Shown in pieces: positions 17,608-26,801 of a stretch of 64,000 nucleotides of DNA (the stretch's first letter is position 1; the number at the start of each line of letters is the position of its first letter). The notes under the pieces were generated by a model. The model was not told where the DNA came from. It ran no database searches and saw only the letters and a list, made by a program, of their open reading frames with translations. The stretch is from an uncultured Clostridia bacterium. GTDB taxonomy: Bacteria > Bacillota > Clostridia > Christensenellales > CAG-917. A program made the position numbers and the translations under genes. The stretch lies in contig CANDBF010000001.1 of NCBI GenBank assembly GCA_947382865.1, positions 9,543 to 73,542 on the forward strand. Reading direction: 5' to 3'.

Positions 17608-18183
17608 ATGCAAAAGATAGATAAACGCATAATACTCGCATCCGCGTCTCCGCGCAGAAAGGAAATACTGACGGAGATGGGTTTGAGGTTCGAGATTGTG
17701 CCTGCCGACATAGACGAGAGCGCGATAAGCGCGGCAAATCCTCGCTCGCTTGTAAAAAAACTTTCCTACGCCAAGGCTTTTGCCATAGAGGATACGGACG
17801 CGGTTATAATCGGCGCGGATACGGTCGTCGTTATGGGTGGGAAGGTATTCGGAAAGCCGCATACCGACCAAAACGCGCGGGCGATGCTCGAAAAGCTGTG
17901 CGGCAGGTGGCACACGGTCTATACGGGCGTTACAGTCAGGCTCGGGAGCGATTTCAGGCGCTTTGCGGTGCGCTCCTATGTAAAGCTCAAAAAACTGAGC
18001 GGGGAAGAGATAAAAAGCTGCGTCGCGGATACAAATCCGCTCGATAAGGCAGGCGCGTACGGCATACAGGACGGGCGCGTCGTTGAAAAATACAGGGGCA
18101 GTTATACAAATATCGTAGGTCTGCCCGAGGAAAAGCTCGCAAGGGTGCTTGCGGGGTTCGGAGTGACAGATGGCAACCGTTGA
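17608..18183 (+). CDS. maf: Maf-like nucleoside triphosphate pyrophosphatase
   Basis: IILASASPRRKEIL, GADTVVV, and AGAYGIQD. The protein is 191 aa. Confidence 0.9.
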   Translation: MQKIDKRIILASASPRRKEILTEMGLRFEIVPADIDESAISAANPRSLVKKLSYAKAFAIEDTDAVIIGADTVVVMGGKVFGKPHTDQNARAMLEKLCGRWHTVYTGVTVRLGSDFRRFAVRSYVKLKKLSGEEIKSCVADTNPLDKAGAYGIQDGRVVEKYRGSYTNIVGLPEEKLARVLAGFGVTDGNR

Positions 18184-19168
18184 ACTTTCAATCGATCTAG
18201 GAAGCAAGTTTATCACGATATATCAAAAAGGAATAGGTCCCGTGCTGCGGGAGCCGGCTATAGCTATTGCCGTAATGGCGGGGAACAGGTTGGAAATACG
18301 CGAGGCGGGCTATAAGGCGCAGCGCATCATGACAGGCTCGCTGGGCGGCGCCAAAATCATAGCTCCCATAAAGGAGGGCGTTGTCGTCGACGAGGAAATG
18401 GCGGCGATGATGCTGAAATATTTCTTGAAAAAAATCATTCCGACGGGCTTGTTCGCTCCGAGAATAAGAGCGATTGTCTCCATATGCTCCTCGTCGTCCG
18501 GCTCGGACAGGCGCGCCGTGGAGAAGTGCTGTCTTAAAGCGGGCATAAAGGAGGTTACGCTCGTTGAAGCTCCGCTGTCTCTGCTGGCGTACACGGGCAG
18601 TATCGGCGGTCTGTTTGTGGATATCGGCGGCGGAAAGACGGAAATTGCGGCAGTCACAAACAGAGGCATTGCGGCGGGATGCAGCGTAAATATCGCGGGA
18701 GACGCGTTCAACAACGCCATAATAGACAGCCTTTATATGCACTACGGCGTTAAGGTCGGAGAATATACGATTGAAAATCTCAAACAGTCCGCGCTCTCCT
18801 TTTACGTCAACGACGAGGGCAGCTATGCGGTGTCGGGCGCCGCGAGCGACGGGAGTCCGCGCAGTCTGTACGTCTCGGCGGCGGATATGCGGGAGGCGGT
18901 CATCCCTCTTGTAGACGACATTCTCGACGTCGTTATGTCCGTGCTCCATCAGGCTCCGCCCGAGCTTGCGGGAGAGGTGCTCAGAAAGGGAGTGTTCGTG
19001 ACGGGCGGATGCATGCATATTCCGGGGCTTTTCGAGTATCTCGAACAGGCGCTGGAACTCAAACTTACGCTGTTGCGCGACGGCGAAAACGCAGTTGCAA
19101 TCGGGGGCGCGAAATTCTTCGACGATAAGGAGCTGCTCGGCGATATGCTCGGGATAAGGCTCAATTAA
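18170..19168 (+). CDS. Divergent MreB/Mbl-like actin-fold protein
   Basis: SIDLGSKFITIYQKGIGPVLREPAIAIAV, LVEAPLSLLAYTG, VDIGGGKTEIAAV, AGDAFNNAII and VFVTGGCMHIPGL align with the five MreB ATPase motifs but are diverged. The gene overlaps maf by 14 nt. Confidence 0.6.
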   Translation: MATVELSIDLGSKFITIYQKGIGPVLREPAIAIAVMAGNRLEIREAGYKAQRIMTGSLGGAKIIAPIKEGVVVDEEMAAMMLKYFLKKIIPTGLFAPRIRAIVSICSSSSGSDRRAVEKCCLKAGIKEVTLVEAPLSLLAYTGSIGGLFVDIGGGKTEIAAVTNRGIAAGCSVNIAGDAFNNAIIDSLYMHYGVKVGEYTIENLKQSALSFYVNDEGSYAVSGAASDGSPRSLYVSAADMREAVIPLVDDILDVVMSVLHQAPPELAGEVLRKGVFVTGGCMHIPGLFEYLEQALELKLTLLRDGENAVAIGGAKFFDDKELLGDMLGIRLN

Positions 19169-19200
19169 AATTTTTTGACAATATACTTCCAAAAAATATC

Positions 19201-19234
19201 AAAACAGCCATAAAGCGCGTATGGCTGTTTTTTA
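19201..19234 (+). terminator. Intrinsic terminator between the mreB-like gene and minD
   Basis: AAAACAGCCATA-aagcgcg-TATGGCTGTTTTTT forms a 12-bp stem plus a T-run. Confidence 0.75.
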
Positions 19235-19236
19235 TT

Positions 19237-19998
19237 ATGGTTTGTATGAGAAAGATAGTTGTGACCTCCGGCAAAGGGGGTGTGGGAAAGACCACCGTCA
19301 CCGCGACGCTCGGGCGTAAGCTCGCGCATAAAGGCTATAAGGTCGTGCTTGTGGACGGCGACGTGGGACTGAACAACCTCGACGTAGTGACCGCCATAGA
19401 AAAAAGAGTGGTCTACGATATGAGCGACGTGCTCGCAGGCAAGTGCAGAGCCTTTCAGGCGCTCGTTTCCGACACGCAAAGTCCTATGCGCATACTGCCG
19501 TCATCCAAGGACAGCGCCGCGCTTACCGCGCAGGCGTTCCGCGGAGTTGTGGACGGCTTTTCAGAGTTCGATTTTGTGATAATAGACTGTCCCGCGGGCA
19601 TAGAGCATGGCTTTCACAGATCCGTGTCCGCCGCCGACGAGGCTATCGTCGTCACGACTCCATCCGCTTCGGCGATACGCGACGCGGACAAGGTCATTAG
19701 ACTGCTTGCAAGCTACCGCCTTGCCGACGTGTCGCTGGTGGTCAACCGCGTAAGAGCGGATATGGTCGTCAGAGGGGAGATGATAGGCGCGGCGGAGATA
19801 GGCTCTCTGCTTCATATCCCGCCGATAGGAGTCATTCCCGAGGACGATATGATTACGCTGTATCAGCAGCTCGGGGGCGTGCCCGACAGCGCAATATCGG
19901 ATAGGGCGTTCGACGCGCTCGCCGCGAATATCGCAGACAAGACAAAGGTCTTTGTGGACGTAAGCGCGAGGCGCAGACTGTTCAGACGCAGATATTGA
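19237..19998 (+). CDS. minD: Septum site-determining ATPase MinD
   Basis: VVTSGKGGVGKTTVTATL (deviant Walker A), GLNNLDVV, IIDCPAGIEHG, and TPSASAIRDADKVI. A basic amphipathic C-terminus is present. The start could also be the ATG at 19246. Confidence 0.85.
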   Translation: MVCMRKIVVTSGKGGVGKTTVTATLGRKLAHKGYKVVLVDGDVGLNNLDVVTAIEKRVVYDMSDVLAGKCRAFQALVSDTQSPMRILPSSKDSAALTAQAFRGVVDGFSEFDFVIIDCPAGIEHGFHRSVSAADEAIVVTTPSASAIRDADKVIRLLASYRLADVSLVVNRVRADMVVRGEMIGAAEIGSLLHIPPIGVIPEDDMITLYQQLGGVPDSAISDRAFDALAANIADKTKVFVDVSARRRLFRRRY

Positions 19999-20005
19999 GG
20001 TCGCT

Positions 20006-20257
20006 ATGAAAAGGTCGAGAGATATAGCAAAGCGTATGAGAGAAATGCTTACGCAGGATAAGGTCGGAATAAAGGAGGGCTTTTCCGTCGCTCTTACGGG
20101 GGATCTGAACCGACTGCTCGGAGATTATTTCGAGCTCACCGCTCCCTTAGACCTCGCGATTGCGCAGTCGGAGGACGGCGAGTATCTTGTTCAAATCTCC
20201 GCGAAGGCGTGCAGGATAAAGCAGTTCGACACTACGCTGGACGTAAAAAGATATTAG
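20006..20257 (+). CDS. minE: Probable cell division topological specificity factor MinE
   Basis: 83 aa, located 7 nt after minD. The N-terminal SRDIAKRMREMLTQDK resembles the AKERL..ll..DR motif, and the C-terminal segment has an alternating beta pattern. Confidence 0.55.
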   Translation: MKRSRDIAKRMREMLTQDKVGIKEGFSVALTGDLNRLLGDYFELTAPLDLAIAQSEDGEYLVQISAKACRIKQFDTTLDVKRY

Positions 20258-20317
20258 TTTTTGTTTTGTGGAATAATCGCCGCCTATCGGGCATAGGCTT
20301 AATTCGAGGTGACGATT

Positions 20318-20554
20318 ATGGAATTTGACGAAAATAAAAAGCTCGAAGTTGAAATTTCCACCAACGATTTCGTTGAAAACAGAGTGGAGGAAAAGCGCCG
20401 CCGCAAAAGCAGATTCGATTTGCTTGACGCCGCCATCGTACCCGTCATTATAGGCGTGTTCGTTTCTCTGGGCTTCCTGTTTGCCAACATATTCAAGGCT
20501 ACGGCTGCGGTTGACGCCATCAAGTCAGTCGCTAGCGCACTTGCGGGAATGTGA
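20318..20554 (+). CDS. Small single-pass membrane protein, unknown function
   Basis: 78 aa from ATG 20318, with a GAGGTG Shine-Dalgarno 8 nt upstream. It has an acidic N-terminus, a basic patch KRRRKSR, and a TM segment AAIVPVIIGVFVSLGFLFANIF. It lies between minE and the M50 protease. Confidence 0.4.
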   Translation: MEFDENKKLEVEISTNDFVENRVEEKRRRKSRFDLLDAAIVPVIIGVFVSLGFLFANIFKATAAVDAIKSVASALAGM

Positions 20555-20565
20555 GCGTTTGAAAT

Positions 20566-21456
20566 ATGCAGATAAAGGTACATCCGCTGTTTTTCGTGCT
20601 TGCCTTGGCACTTGTGGCTCTTGGGCAGGCACAGGCGTTTGTGTCCACTTTTATTGCGCTGATTTTCCATGAGCTTGCGCACGCGGCGCTTGCGCGGATG
20701 CGCGGCTTCGCCGTAAAAAAAATGGTGCTTATGCCCTTCGGAGCGATGATGAGCACCGAGGAGAATTTCGACAGAACGTCCGCCGTGATGGTCGGGCTCG
20801 CGGGACCCGTATGCAATTTTCTGCTTGCGCTTATTACGCTGGGCATATGGTGGCTTGCGCCCGCCGTCTATCCTTATACGCAGACGTTCTTTTACGCGAA
20901 TATGTCTCTGGGCGTGTTCAATCTTCTACCCGTCTATCCGCTCGACGGCTCACGCGCAGTGCTCGGGCTTTGCAAAAACAGGCTAAAAGCCATAAAGGGC
21001 TTGCAGATTGCGGGCATTGTATCGAGCGTGATTTTCTTTGGACTTTTTATAGCCTCTTTCTTTTTCGGTCTGAATTTCAGCTTCGGAATAATCGCGGTAT
21101 TCCTCTTTTACGGCGCGGCGTTCGGGACCAAAGAGGAAATGTACATAAGCGTGTTGGACGGCGCAAGCAAAAACTATATGCTCGGAGTGGAGCAAAAGAC
21201 GGTGCGCGTATCAAAAGATATTCCGATAATCAGACTGTATCATCACATAAGTTCGGCGAGCGAAACGAAGTTCGAGATTGTAGGCGAGAGAGGAGAAATC
21301 GTATCCACCCTCACCGAAGCGGAACTTAAAGCCGTCGCGTTGGGGAACAGACTGTCTAAGCCTATCGGATACGCGCTCTTTGGGAACGCAGACAAAAGCC
21401 GAAAGCCCGCAATAAAGCGCAAGACCGCGGTATCGCATAGAAAAACCGCGACGTAA
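20566..21456 (+). CDS. M50 family site-2 metalloprotease, SpoIVFB-like
   Basis: IFHELAHAALA (HExxH within a TM segment) and FNLLPVYPLDGSR (second zinc-ligand motif). Its position after minD matches the B. subtilis spoIVF locus. Confidence 0.75.
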   Translation: MQIKVHPLFFVLALALVALGQAQAFVSTFIALIFHELAHAALARMRGFAVKKMVLMPFGAMMSTEENFDRTSAVMVGLAGPVCNFLLALITLGIWWLAPAVYPYTQTFFYANMSLGVFNLLPVYPLDGSRAVLGLCKNRLKAIKGLQIAGIVSSVIFFGLFIASFFFGLNFSFGIIAVFLFYGAAFGTKEEMYISVLDGASKNYMLGVEQKTVRVSKDIPIIRLYHHISSASETKFEIVGERGEIVSTLTEAELKAVALGNRLSKPIGYALFGNADKSRKPAIKRKTAVSHRKTAT

Positions 21457-21742
21457 ATCGCAGACGGATTGTATGCGCGCAATTTGTTTTTATCCTTAAT
21501 TATGCAAATATATGTAGACGATACGGAGAACGGAGTGTCGTTCGGCATCACAGTCTGCGCATTGAAAGCAGATAGAGTCTGAGTGAAAATAATCTTTCGG
21601 AATTTTAGCATGACGCAAAGCATTCTTCGGAGTGCTTTTCATATTCGGCGTTCGACCTTTCAGCGTTTGACATTTGACGTATAGTATTATAAAATAGTTT
21701 GAGTTTGTAAATAAGACAGGCTACGGATCTGCGGGGGAATTT

Positions 21743-22693
21743 ATGAAATATCTCGGCATAGATATAGGCGGAATGAGCGTCAAGTGCGGGGTCGTCGAGG
21801 ACGGCGTAATTCTGCATAAAAAGGCGGCGACCATAAGACCGCGCGAGCAGGACAGGGTCATCCTTGCCGATATCGCCGCGCTGATTTCCGATACGCTTAA
21901 CGAGTGCGGAACAGACAGGGACGAAATCGCGGGGATAGGCGTAGGCTGTCCCGGCTCCGTCGACGACGAAAGGGGATACGTGCGCTATTGCTGTAACGTC
22001 AATCTGGTGAATACGCCTCTTGCGGAAATATTAAGAGAGCTTACCGGAATAAAAGATATAAGGGTGAGCAACGACGCCAACTGCGCGGCTCTCGGCGAAA
22101 CGCTGTACGGCGCGGGCAACGGCGCGAAAAACAGCGTGCTTATCACTCTCGGCACGGGCGTGGGCACGGGAATAATCGTGGACGGCAGACTGCTTACCGG
22201 CAACCGTTCGGCAGGCGCCGAGGGCGGACATATCACCATCGCTATGGACGGAGAGGTCTGCGGTTGCGAAAAGCGCGGGCATTACGAGGCGTACGCGTCT
22301 GCGACCGCGCTTATGAAGCAGGTGCGCGCGGCGTGCGAAAAGTATCCGTCGAGCGGACTTGCAAAATATGCCGAACAAAACGGTATTGACGGAAAAACCG
22401 TGTTTATATGCGCAAAAAACGGTGATAAAGTAGCGATTGAGACGCTAAACAGATATATCGAGTACGTGGGGTGCGGACTTGTGACGTTTGCGAATATCTT
22501 CTATCCCGAGGTTATTATCATAGGCGGAGGAGTATCGAACGCGGGAGACGCGCTCATCAAGCCGCTTGAAAAATACGTATCGGAAAACGTTTTCGGAGCG
22601 CAGTACAATCCGAAGATCAGGTTGGTTGCGGCGACGCTCAAAAACGACGCAGGCATAATCGGCGCGGCGGCGCTCTGCTTGGACGAAAGATAA
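21743..22693 (+). CDS. ROK family glucokinase
   Basis: YLGIDIGGMSVKCGVV, SNDANCAALGE, and the zinc motif GHITIAMDGEVCGCEKRGHYEAYAS. The protein is 316 aa. Confidence 0.8.
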   Translation: MKYLGIDIGGMSVKCGVVEDGVILHKKAATIRPREQDRVILADIAALISDTLNECGTDRDEIAGIGVGCPGSVDDERGYVRYCCNVNLVNTPLAEILRELTGIKDIRVSNDANCAALGETLYGAGNGAKNSVLITLGTGVGTGIIVDGRLLTGNRSAGAEGGHITIAMDGEVCGCEKRGHYEAYASATALMKQVRAACEKYPSSGLAKYAEQNGIDGKTVFICAKNGDKVAIETLNRYIEYVGCGLVTFANIFYPEVIIIGGGVSNAGDALIKPLEKYVSENVFGAQYNPKIRLVAATLKNDAGIIGAAALCLDER

Positions 22694-22725
22694 TTTTCGC
22701 CAGCAATCGCAAGGATAAAGAGAAA

Positions 22726-24492
22726 ATGAACGGATATAACGATAAACTTTATAAAATACTTGCCGATGTCGAAAAGCCTGCCAGATACTGCGGCGGAGAG
22801 TGGAATACTCCCGATATGACCAAGCCTAGAAAGGCGGATATGTGCTTCTGCTTCCCAGAGCTGTACGAAATCGGGATGAGCAACCTCGGCGTGCAGATTT
22901 TGTACGACGTGATAAACTCCGATAAGGATTTCGTGGCGGAAAGGTGCTTTGCGCCCGCTGCCGATTTCGCGCAGAAGCTCAAAGAAGATAACCTGCCCTT
23001 GCTTTCTCTCGAAACAAAAAAACCGCTTAAAGATTTTACCGTGCTCGGGTTTTCCATCGGCTTTGAGCTGCTGTACACCAACGTGCTTTATATGCTCGAC
23101 CTTGCGGGAATTCCGTTCTATGCGGCGGAAAGAGGGGATGAGTATCCTATACTGCTCGCGGGCGGTCCCTGCGCGGTCAACCCCGAGCCGTTTGCGGATT
23201 TTTTCGACATAATCGTATGCGGCGAGGGCGAGGAAGCGGATTTGAATATCCTGCGCATAATCGCGGACGGCAGAGCCGATGGCGCATCGAAATCGGAGAT
23301 ACTGAAAAGAGTCAAAGGCGTGGAGGGAGCGTATGTTCCGTCTCTTCATAAGGACGGTGAAAAGGTTGTAAAAGCCGTTATTCGCGATTTCGAGAACGCT
23401 CCTTATCCCGAAAAACCGCTTGTGCCGAACATAGAGGCGGTGCACGACAGGGCTACTCTCGAACTGTATCGCGGCTGCGCAAGCGGATGCAGATTTTGTC
23501 AGGCGGGCTTTTGGTACAGACCTATACGCGAGCGCAGCGCCGATAGATGCGCAGAGCTGGGGAAAAATATGATAGAAAACGCGGGCTTTGGGGAAATGTC
23601 GCTTTGCTCGCTCTCTACGGGAGACTATTCTGAGCTTGAAAGGCTTGAAGATATACTTATACCTTATTGCGAGCGCAAGCGCGTCAATCTCGCTCTGCCG
23701 AGTTTGAGAATAAGTTCGTTTAAGTCGGATATGGCGAGGCATTCGCGCAAGAGCTCGCTTACGTTCGCACCCGAGGCGGGCACGCAGAGACTTCGCAACG
23801 TTATTAACAAAAACGTAACGGACGCAGAGCTGGATAATTTGGCGGAGGCGTTCGAGATAGGATACGACAGCATCAAGCTGTATTTTATGCTCGGACTCCC
23901 CACCGAAACGGACGAGGATATTGCGGGGATAGCCGAGATATGCAAACGGCTCAAAGGTCTTTATTATCTCAAACGGCACAAGCGCGGGCTGAATATATCC
24001 GTAAGCTGCGCGGTGTTTATCCCCAAACCCTGCACTCCATTTCAGTGGGAGGAGCAGGCGAGCTTCGAGGAAATGCTGAGAAAGCAGAACTATCTTCGCT
24101 CGCTTTTGAGGGAGATAAAGGGAGTATCCTTTTCGTGGCACGGAGCGGAGACCTCGGTGCTTGAAGCCGCGCTCGCAAGAGGGGACAGGATACAGAGCAA
24201 GGTTATAGAAAGAGCGTATAGGCTGGGGGCTAAGTTCGACGCTTGGACGGAGCAGTTCAAATGGGACGCGTGGACGCAGGCGTTTGCCGACTGCGGACTT
24301 ACTATGCAGGAGTACACCCGCGAGAGGTCCGTGGACGAAATCCTGCCTTGGGATTTTATAGACACGGGAGTGTCGAAAACGTATCTTTTGAAGGAGCGGG
24401 AGCTCGGATATAAGGAGAAGACGACGAAAAACTGCCGAGAGGGCTGCAACGGCTGCGGCGCGCTCAAACTGGGGAGGTGCACGGTATGCTAG
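22726..24492 (+). CDS. Radical SAM protein with N-terminal B12-binding-like domain (uncharacterised TIGR03960-type family)
   Basis: LELYRGCASGCRFCQAGFWYRP carries the CxxxCxxC cluster. The protein is 588 aa and the gene is followed by its usual DUF2344-type partner. Confidence 0.75.
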   Translation: MNGYNDKLYKILADVEKPARYCGGEWNTPDMTKPRKADMCFCFPELYEIGMSNLGVQILYDVINSDKDFVAERCFAPAADFAQKLKEDNLPLLSLETKKPLKDFTVLGFSIGFELLYTNVLYMLDLAGIPFYAAERGDEYPILLAGGPCAVNPEPFADFFDIIVCGEGEEADLNILRIIADGRADGASKSEILKRVKGVEGAYVPSLHKDGEKVVKAVIRDFENAPYPEKPLVPNIEAVHDRATLELYRGCASGCRFCQAGFWYRPIRERSADRCAELGKNMIENAGFGEMSLCSLSTGDYSELERLEDILIPYCERKRVNLALPSLRISSFKSDMARHSRKSSLTFAPEAGTQRLRNVINKNVTDAELDNLAEAFEIGYDSIKLYFMLGLPTETDEDIAGIAEICKRLKGLYYLKRHKRGLNISVSCAVFIPKPCTPFQWEEQASFEEMLRKQNYLRSLLREIKGVSFSWHGAETSVLEAALARGDRIQSKVIERAYRLGAKFDAWTEQFKWDAWTQAFADCGLTMQEYTRERSVDEILPWDFIDTGVSKTYLLKERELGYKEKTTKNCREGCNGCGALKLGRCTVC

Positions 24493-25115
24493 TGCTCAAA
24501 TACGTCAAGCGCGCGGACTCCTGCTTCATCTCCCACATCGATTTGCTAAGGCACGTTTCGAGGATTTTGCGAAGAGCGGATATTCCCGTAAAATTTTCGC
24601 AGGGGTTCAATCCTCACGCGCTGGTGTTCTTTTCGTCCCCGCTCGCGGTGGGAGTGGCTTCAATCGCGGAGTATCTCGCTGTCGATACGGATATGAACGG
24701 CGGGGAGCTTTTTGAAAGATACAATCTCGCCGTACCCGTCACGCTTGCGGCAATCGAGACTTTCGAGTGCGGAAAGAATCCCAATTTGCAGGGAAAGATA
24801 ACTGCGGCGGACTACGTTTTCGATACGCCGTTTAGGCAAATCGATTTGAGCGGATTTCAAATAGAGTACGAAAAGAAGGGAAAGACTGTCATAGAGGACG
24901 TTTCGGATAAAATATACGGCAGTACGAATGCGGACGGCAGGTTCGCGTTGAGACTTGCCTCGGGCAATACGAGTCTGCGTCCCGACAGGATACTGTCGGA
25001 GCTGGGTAAGAGGCTCAGGACAAATCTCGCGCTGTCCGATATATGCAAAACAGCCCAGTACGTCGGGACAGACGGCGGCTTCGAGGACGTCGACGAGTAT
25101 CTTAAAAGAGTATAA
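24486..25115 (+). CDS. Radical-SAM-associated DUF2344 (TIGR03936-type) protein
   Basis: MLVLKYVKRADSCFISHIDLLRHVSRILRRADIPVKFSQGFNPH. ATG 24486 overlaps the upstream stop (ATGCTAG) and follows a GGGGAGG Shine-Dalgarno. Confidence 0.6.
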   Translation: MLVLKYVKRADSCFISHIDLLRHVSRILRRADIPVKFSQGFNPHALVFFSSPLAVGVASIAEYLAVDTDMNGGELFERYNLAVPVTLAAIETFECGKNPNLQGKITAADYVFDTPFRQIDLSGFQIEYEKKGKTVIEDVSDKIYGSTNADGRFALRLASGNTSLRPDRILSELGKRLRTNLALSDICKTAQYVGTDGGFEDVDEYLKRV

Positions 25116-25166
25116 AATGGATGAAGAGCGCTTTCGCCCCTAATATATAAACAGAAGGATAAACTT

Positions 25167-26672
25167 TTGAAACAGCTGATTTTGGACAATACCCCGTTTT
25201 GCACACGCGCGGCGCTCGTCGACGACGGAGAGCTCTTGGAATTTTCCGTCGAAATGGCAAGCGTATGCGGCATAGTGGGCAATATTTACAAGGGAAGAGT
25301 TGAAAACGTGCTAAGCGGAATGAAAGCCGCCTTTGTCAATATCGGACTCGAACGCAACGGCTTTCTTTACGTAGGCGAGTCGCTGGTGGATAAGGAGAGG
25401 CTGCACAGCGTTATGCCCAAGAAGAGCGAGAAGCTCTCCGCGGGCGACGTGATTATGTGTCAGGTGGTCAAGGACCAGTTCGGACAGAAGGGCGCGAGGC
25501 TTACGACGGATATAACGCTTGCGGGATATTATCTGGTGCTTTTGCCAAATTCCAATTTCATAGGCGTTTCGCGCAAGATAGAAGACGACGAGCGCAGGGA
25601 GTATCTCGAACAGCTTGTCAAATCCGTCTGCCCGATAGGCTCGGGCTTCATAATCCGCTCGGCGGCGGACAAGGCGGACGACGAGGATATCATAAAGGAC
25701 GCGGGCAAGCTGCTCTCGCTTTGGGGCAAGGTGCTTGACGAATACCGCCGCGCGCCCGAAAAGAGCGTGGTGTTCGAGGAGGCTACGCTGTTCGAGCGCG
25801 TTCTGAGGGATTCATTCAGCGAGGATATAGACAAGGTCATCGTAAACGACGCATTGGTCGCAAACGCTCTTATAGGCAGAGTTGGCAAGGCGCAGGTGGA
25901 GACGTACGAGGGCGAGAGAAATATTATGTCCTACTTCGGACTGAGCGCGCAGATAAATCACCTCTGCGACCGCAAGGTGGAGATGCCGAACGGCGCGTAT
26001 ATCGTGATAGACAAGACGGAGGCGTGCACCGTTATAGACGTCAATACGGGCAAGTTCGTGGGCGACAGCGACCTCGAAGACACCGTTTTCAAAACCAATA
26101 TGGCGGCGGTCGAGTGCATTGCAAGACAGCTGAGACTGAGAAATATAAGCGGAATCGTCGTCATCGACTTCATAGACATGTACACGGAGGAGCACCAGAG
26201 CAGAGTGGTGGAGGCTTTAAGAGCCGCTCTCAAACACGACAGGCTCAAAACTACCACCGTGGGAATGACGCCGCTGGGGCTCGTGGAGCTTACGCGCAAG
26301 AAGACGAGGCTTCCCATCGACGACTTTATGCTCCAACCCTGCAAGTCCTGCGGAGGCGGATTTGTGATAAGCGATTCGCAGCTTGCGTTTATGCTGCGCG
26401 ACGAGCTGGTGGACTATATGCTCGCAAGCAGACGCGACACGGTGTACGTTGGCGTGTATACGGGGCTGTATTATAAGGTGCTCCAAAGCGAAATACTCAA
26501 AAAGCACGTGATGACTTCTTGGAAGGATAAGAAAATATATCTGTATGCGGACGAAAATCTCAGACGCGACAGGTTTGTCATAGGCGACGGCAGACCTTTC
26601 CCCGAGCCTCAGGAAATTACGCGGATTACGCGCGCCTGCGATAAGGTGGATTCAAGCGCAAATAAATTGTAA
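25167..26672 (+). CDS. rng: Ribonuclease G/E family endoribonuclease
   Basis: S1 domain NIYKGRVENVLSGMKAAFVNIGLERNGFLYV. The catalytic region has IVIDKTEACTVIDVNTGKF, IVVIDFIDM and GLVELTRKK. The start codon is TTG. Confidence 0.85.
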   Translation: MKQLILDNTPFCTRAALVDDGELLEFSVEMASVCGIVGNIYKGRVENVLSGMKAAFVNIGLERNGFLYVGESLVDKERLHSVMPKKSEKLSAGDVIMCQVVKDQFGQKGARLTTDITLAGYYLVLLPNSNFIGVSRKIEDDERREYLEQLVKSVCPIGSGFIIRSAADKADDEDIIKDAGKLLSLWGKVLDEYRRAPEKSVVFEEATLFERVLRDSFSEDIDKVIVNDALVANALIGRVGKAQVETYEGERNIMSYFGLSAQINHLCDRKVEMPNGAYIVIDKTEACTVIDVNTGKFVGDSDLEDTVFKTNMAAVECIARQLRLRNISGIVVIDFIDMYTEEHQSRVVEALRAALKHDRLKTTTVGMTPLGLVELTRKKTRLPIDDFMLQPCKSCGGGFVISDSQLAFMLRDELVDYMLASRRDTVYVGVYTGLYYKVLQSEILKKHVMTSWKDKKIYLYADENLRRDRFVIGDGRPFPEPQEITRITRACDKVDSSANKL

Positions 26673-26801
26673 ACGCGCGTTATACTAAAAATTGTTTCTA
26701 TGCGACGATTTCGGGACACGCGGCGCGAGATAATATTTATATGACGATACACGGTTGCATATTGGGCGTAGCCGTGATAAAATAGCAGTAAGGTAGTATT
26801 T

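Noticed and set aside
22501-24141. 546-aa minus-strand ORF.
   Set aside because: It is antisense to the radical SAM gene, which carries a bona fide CxxxCxxC motif and a coupled downstream partner. The ORF itself is Arg-rich and has no motifs.
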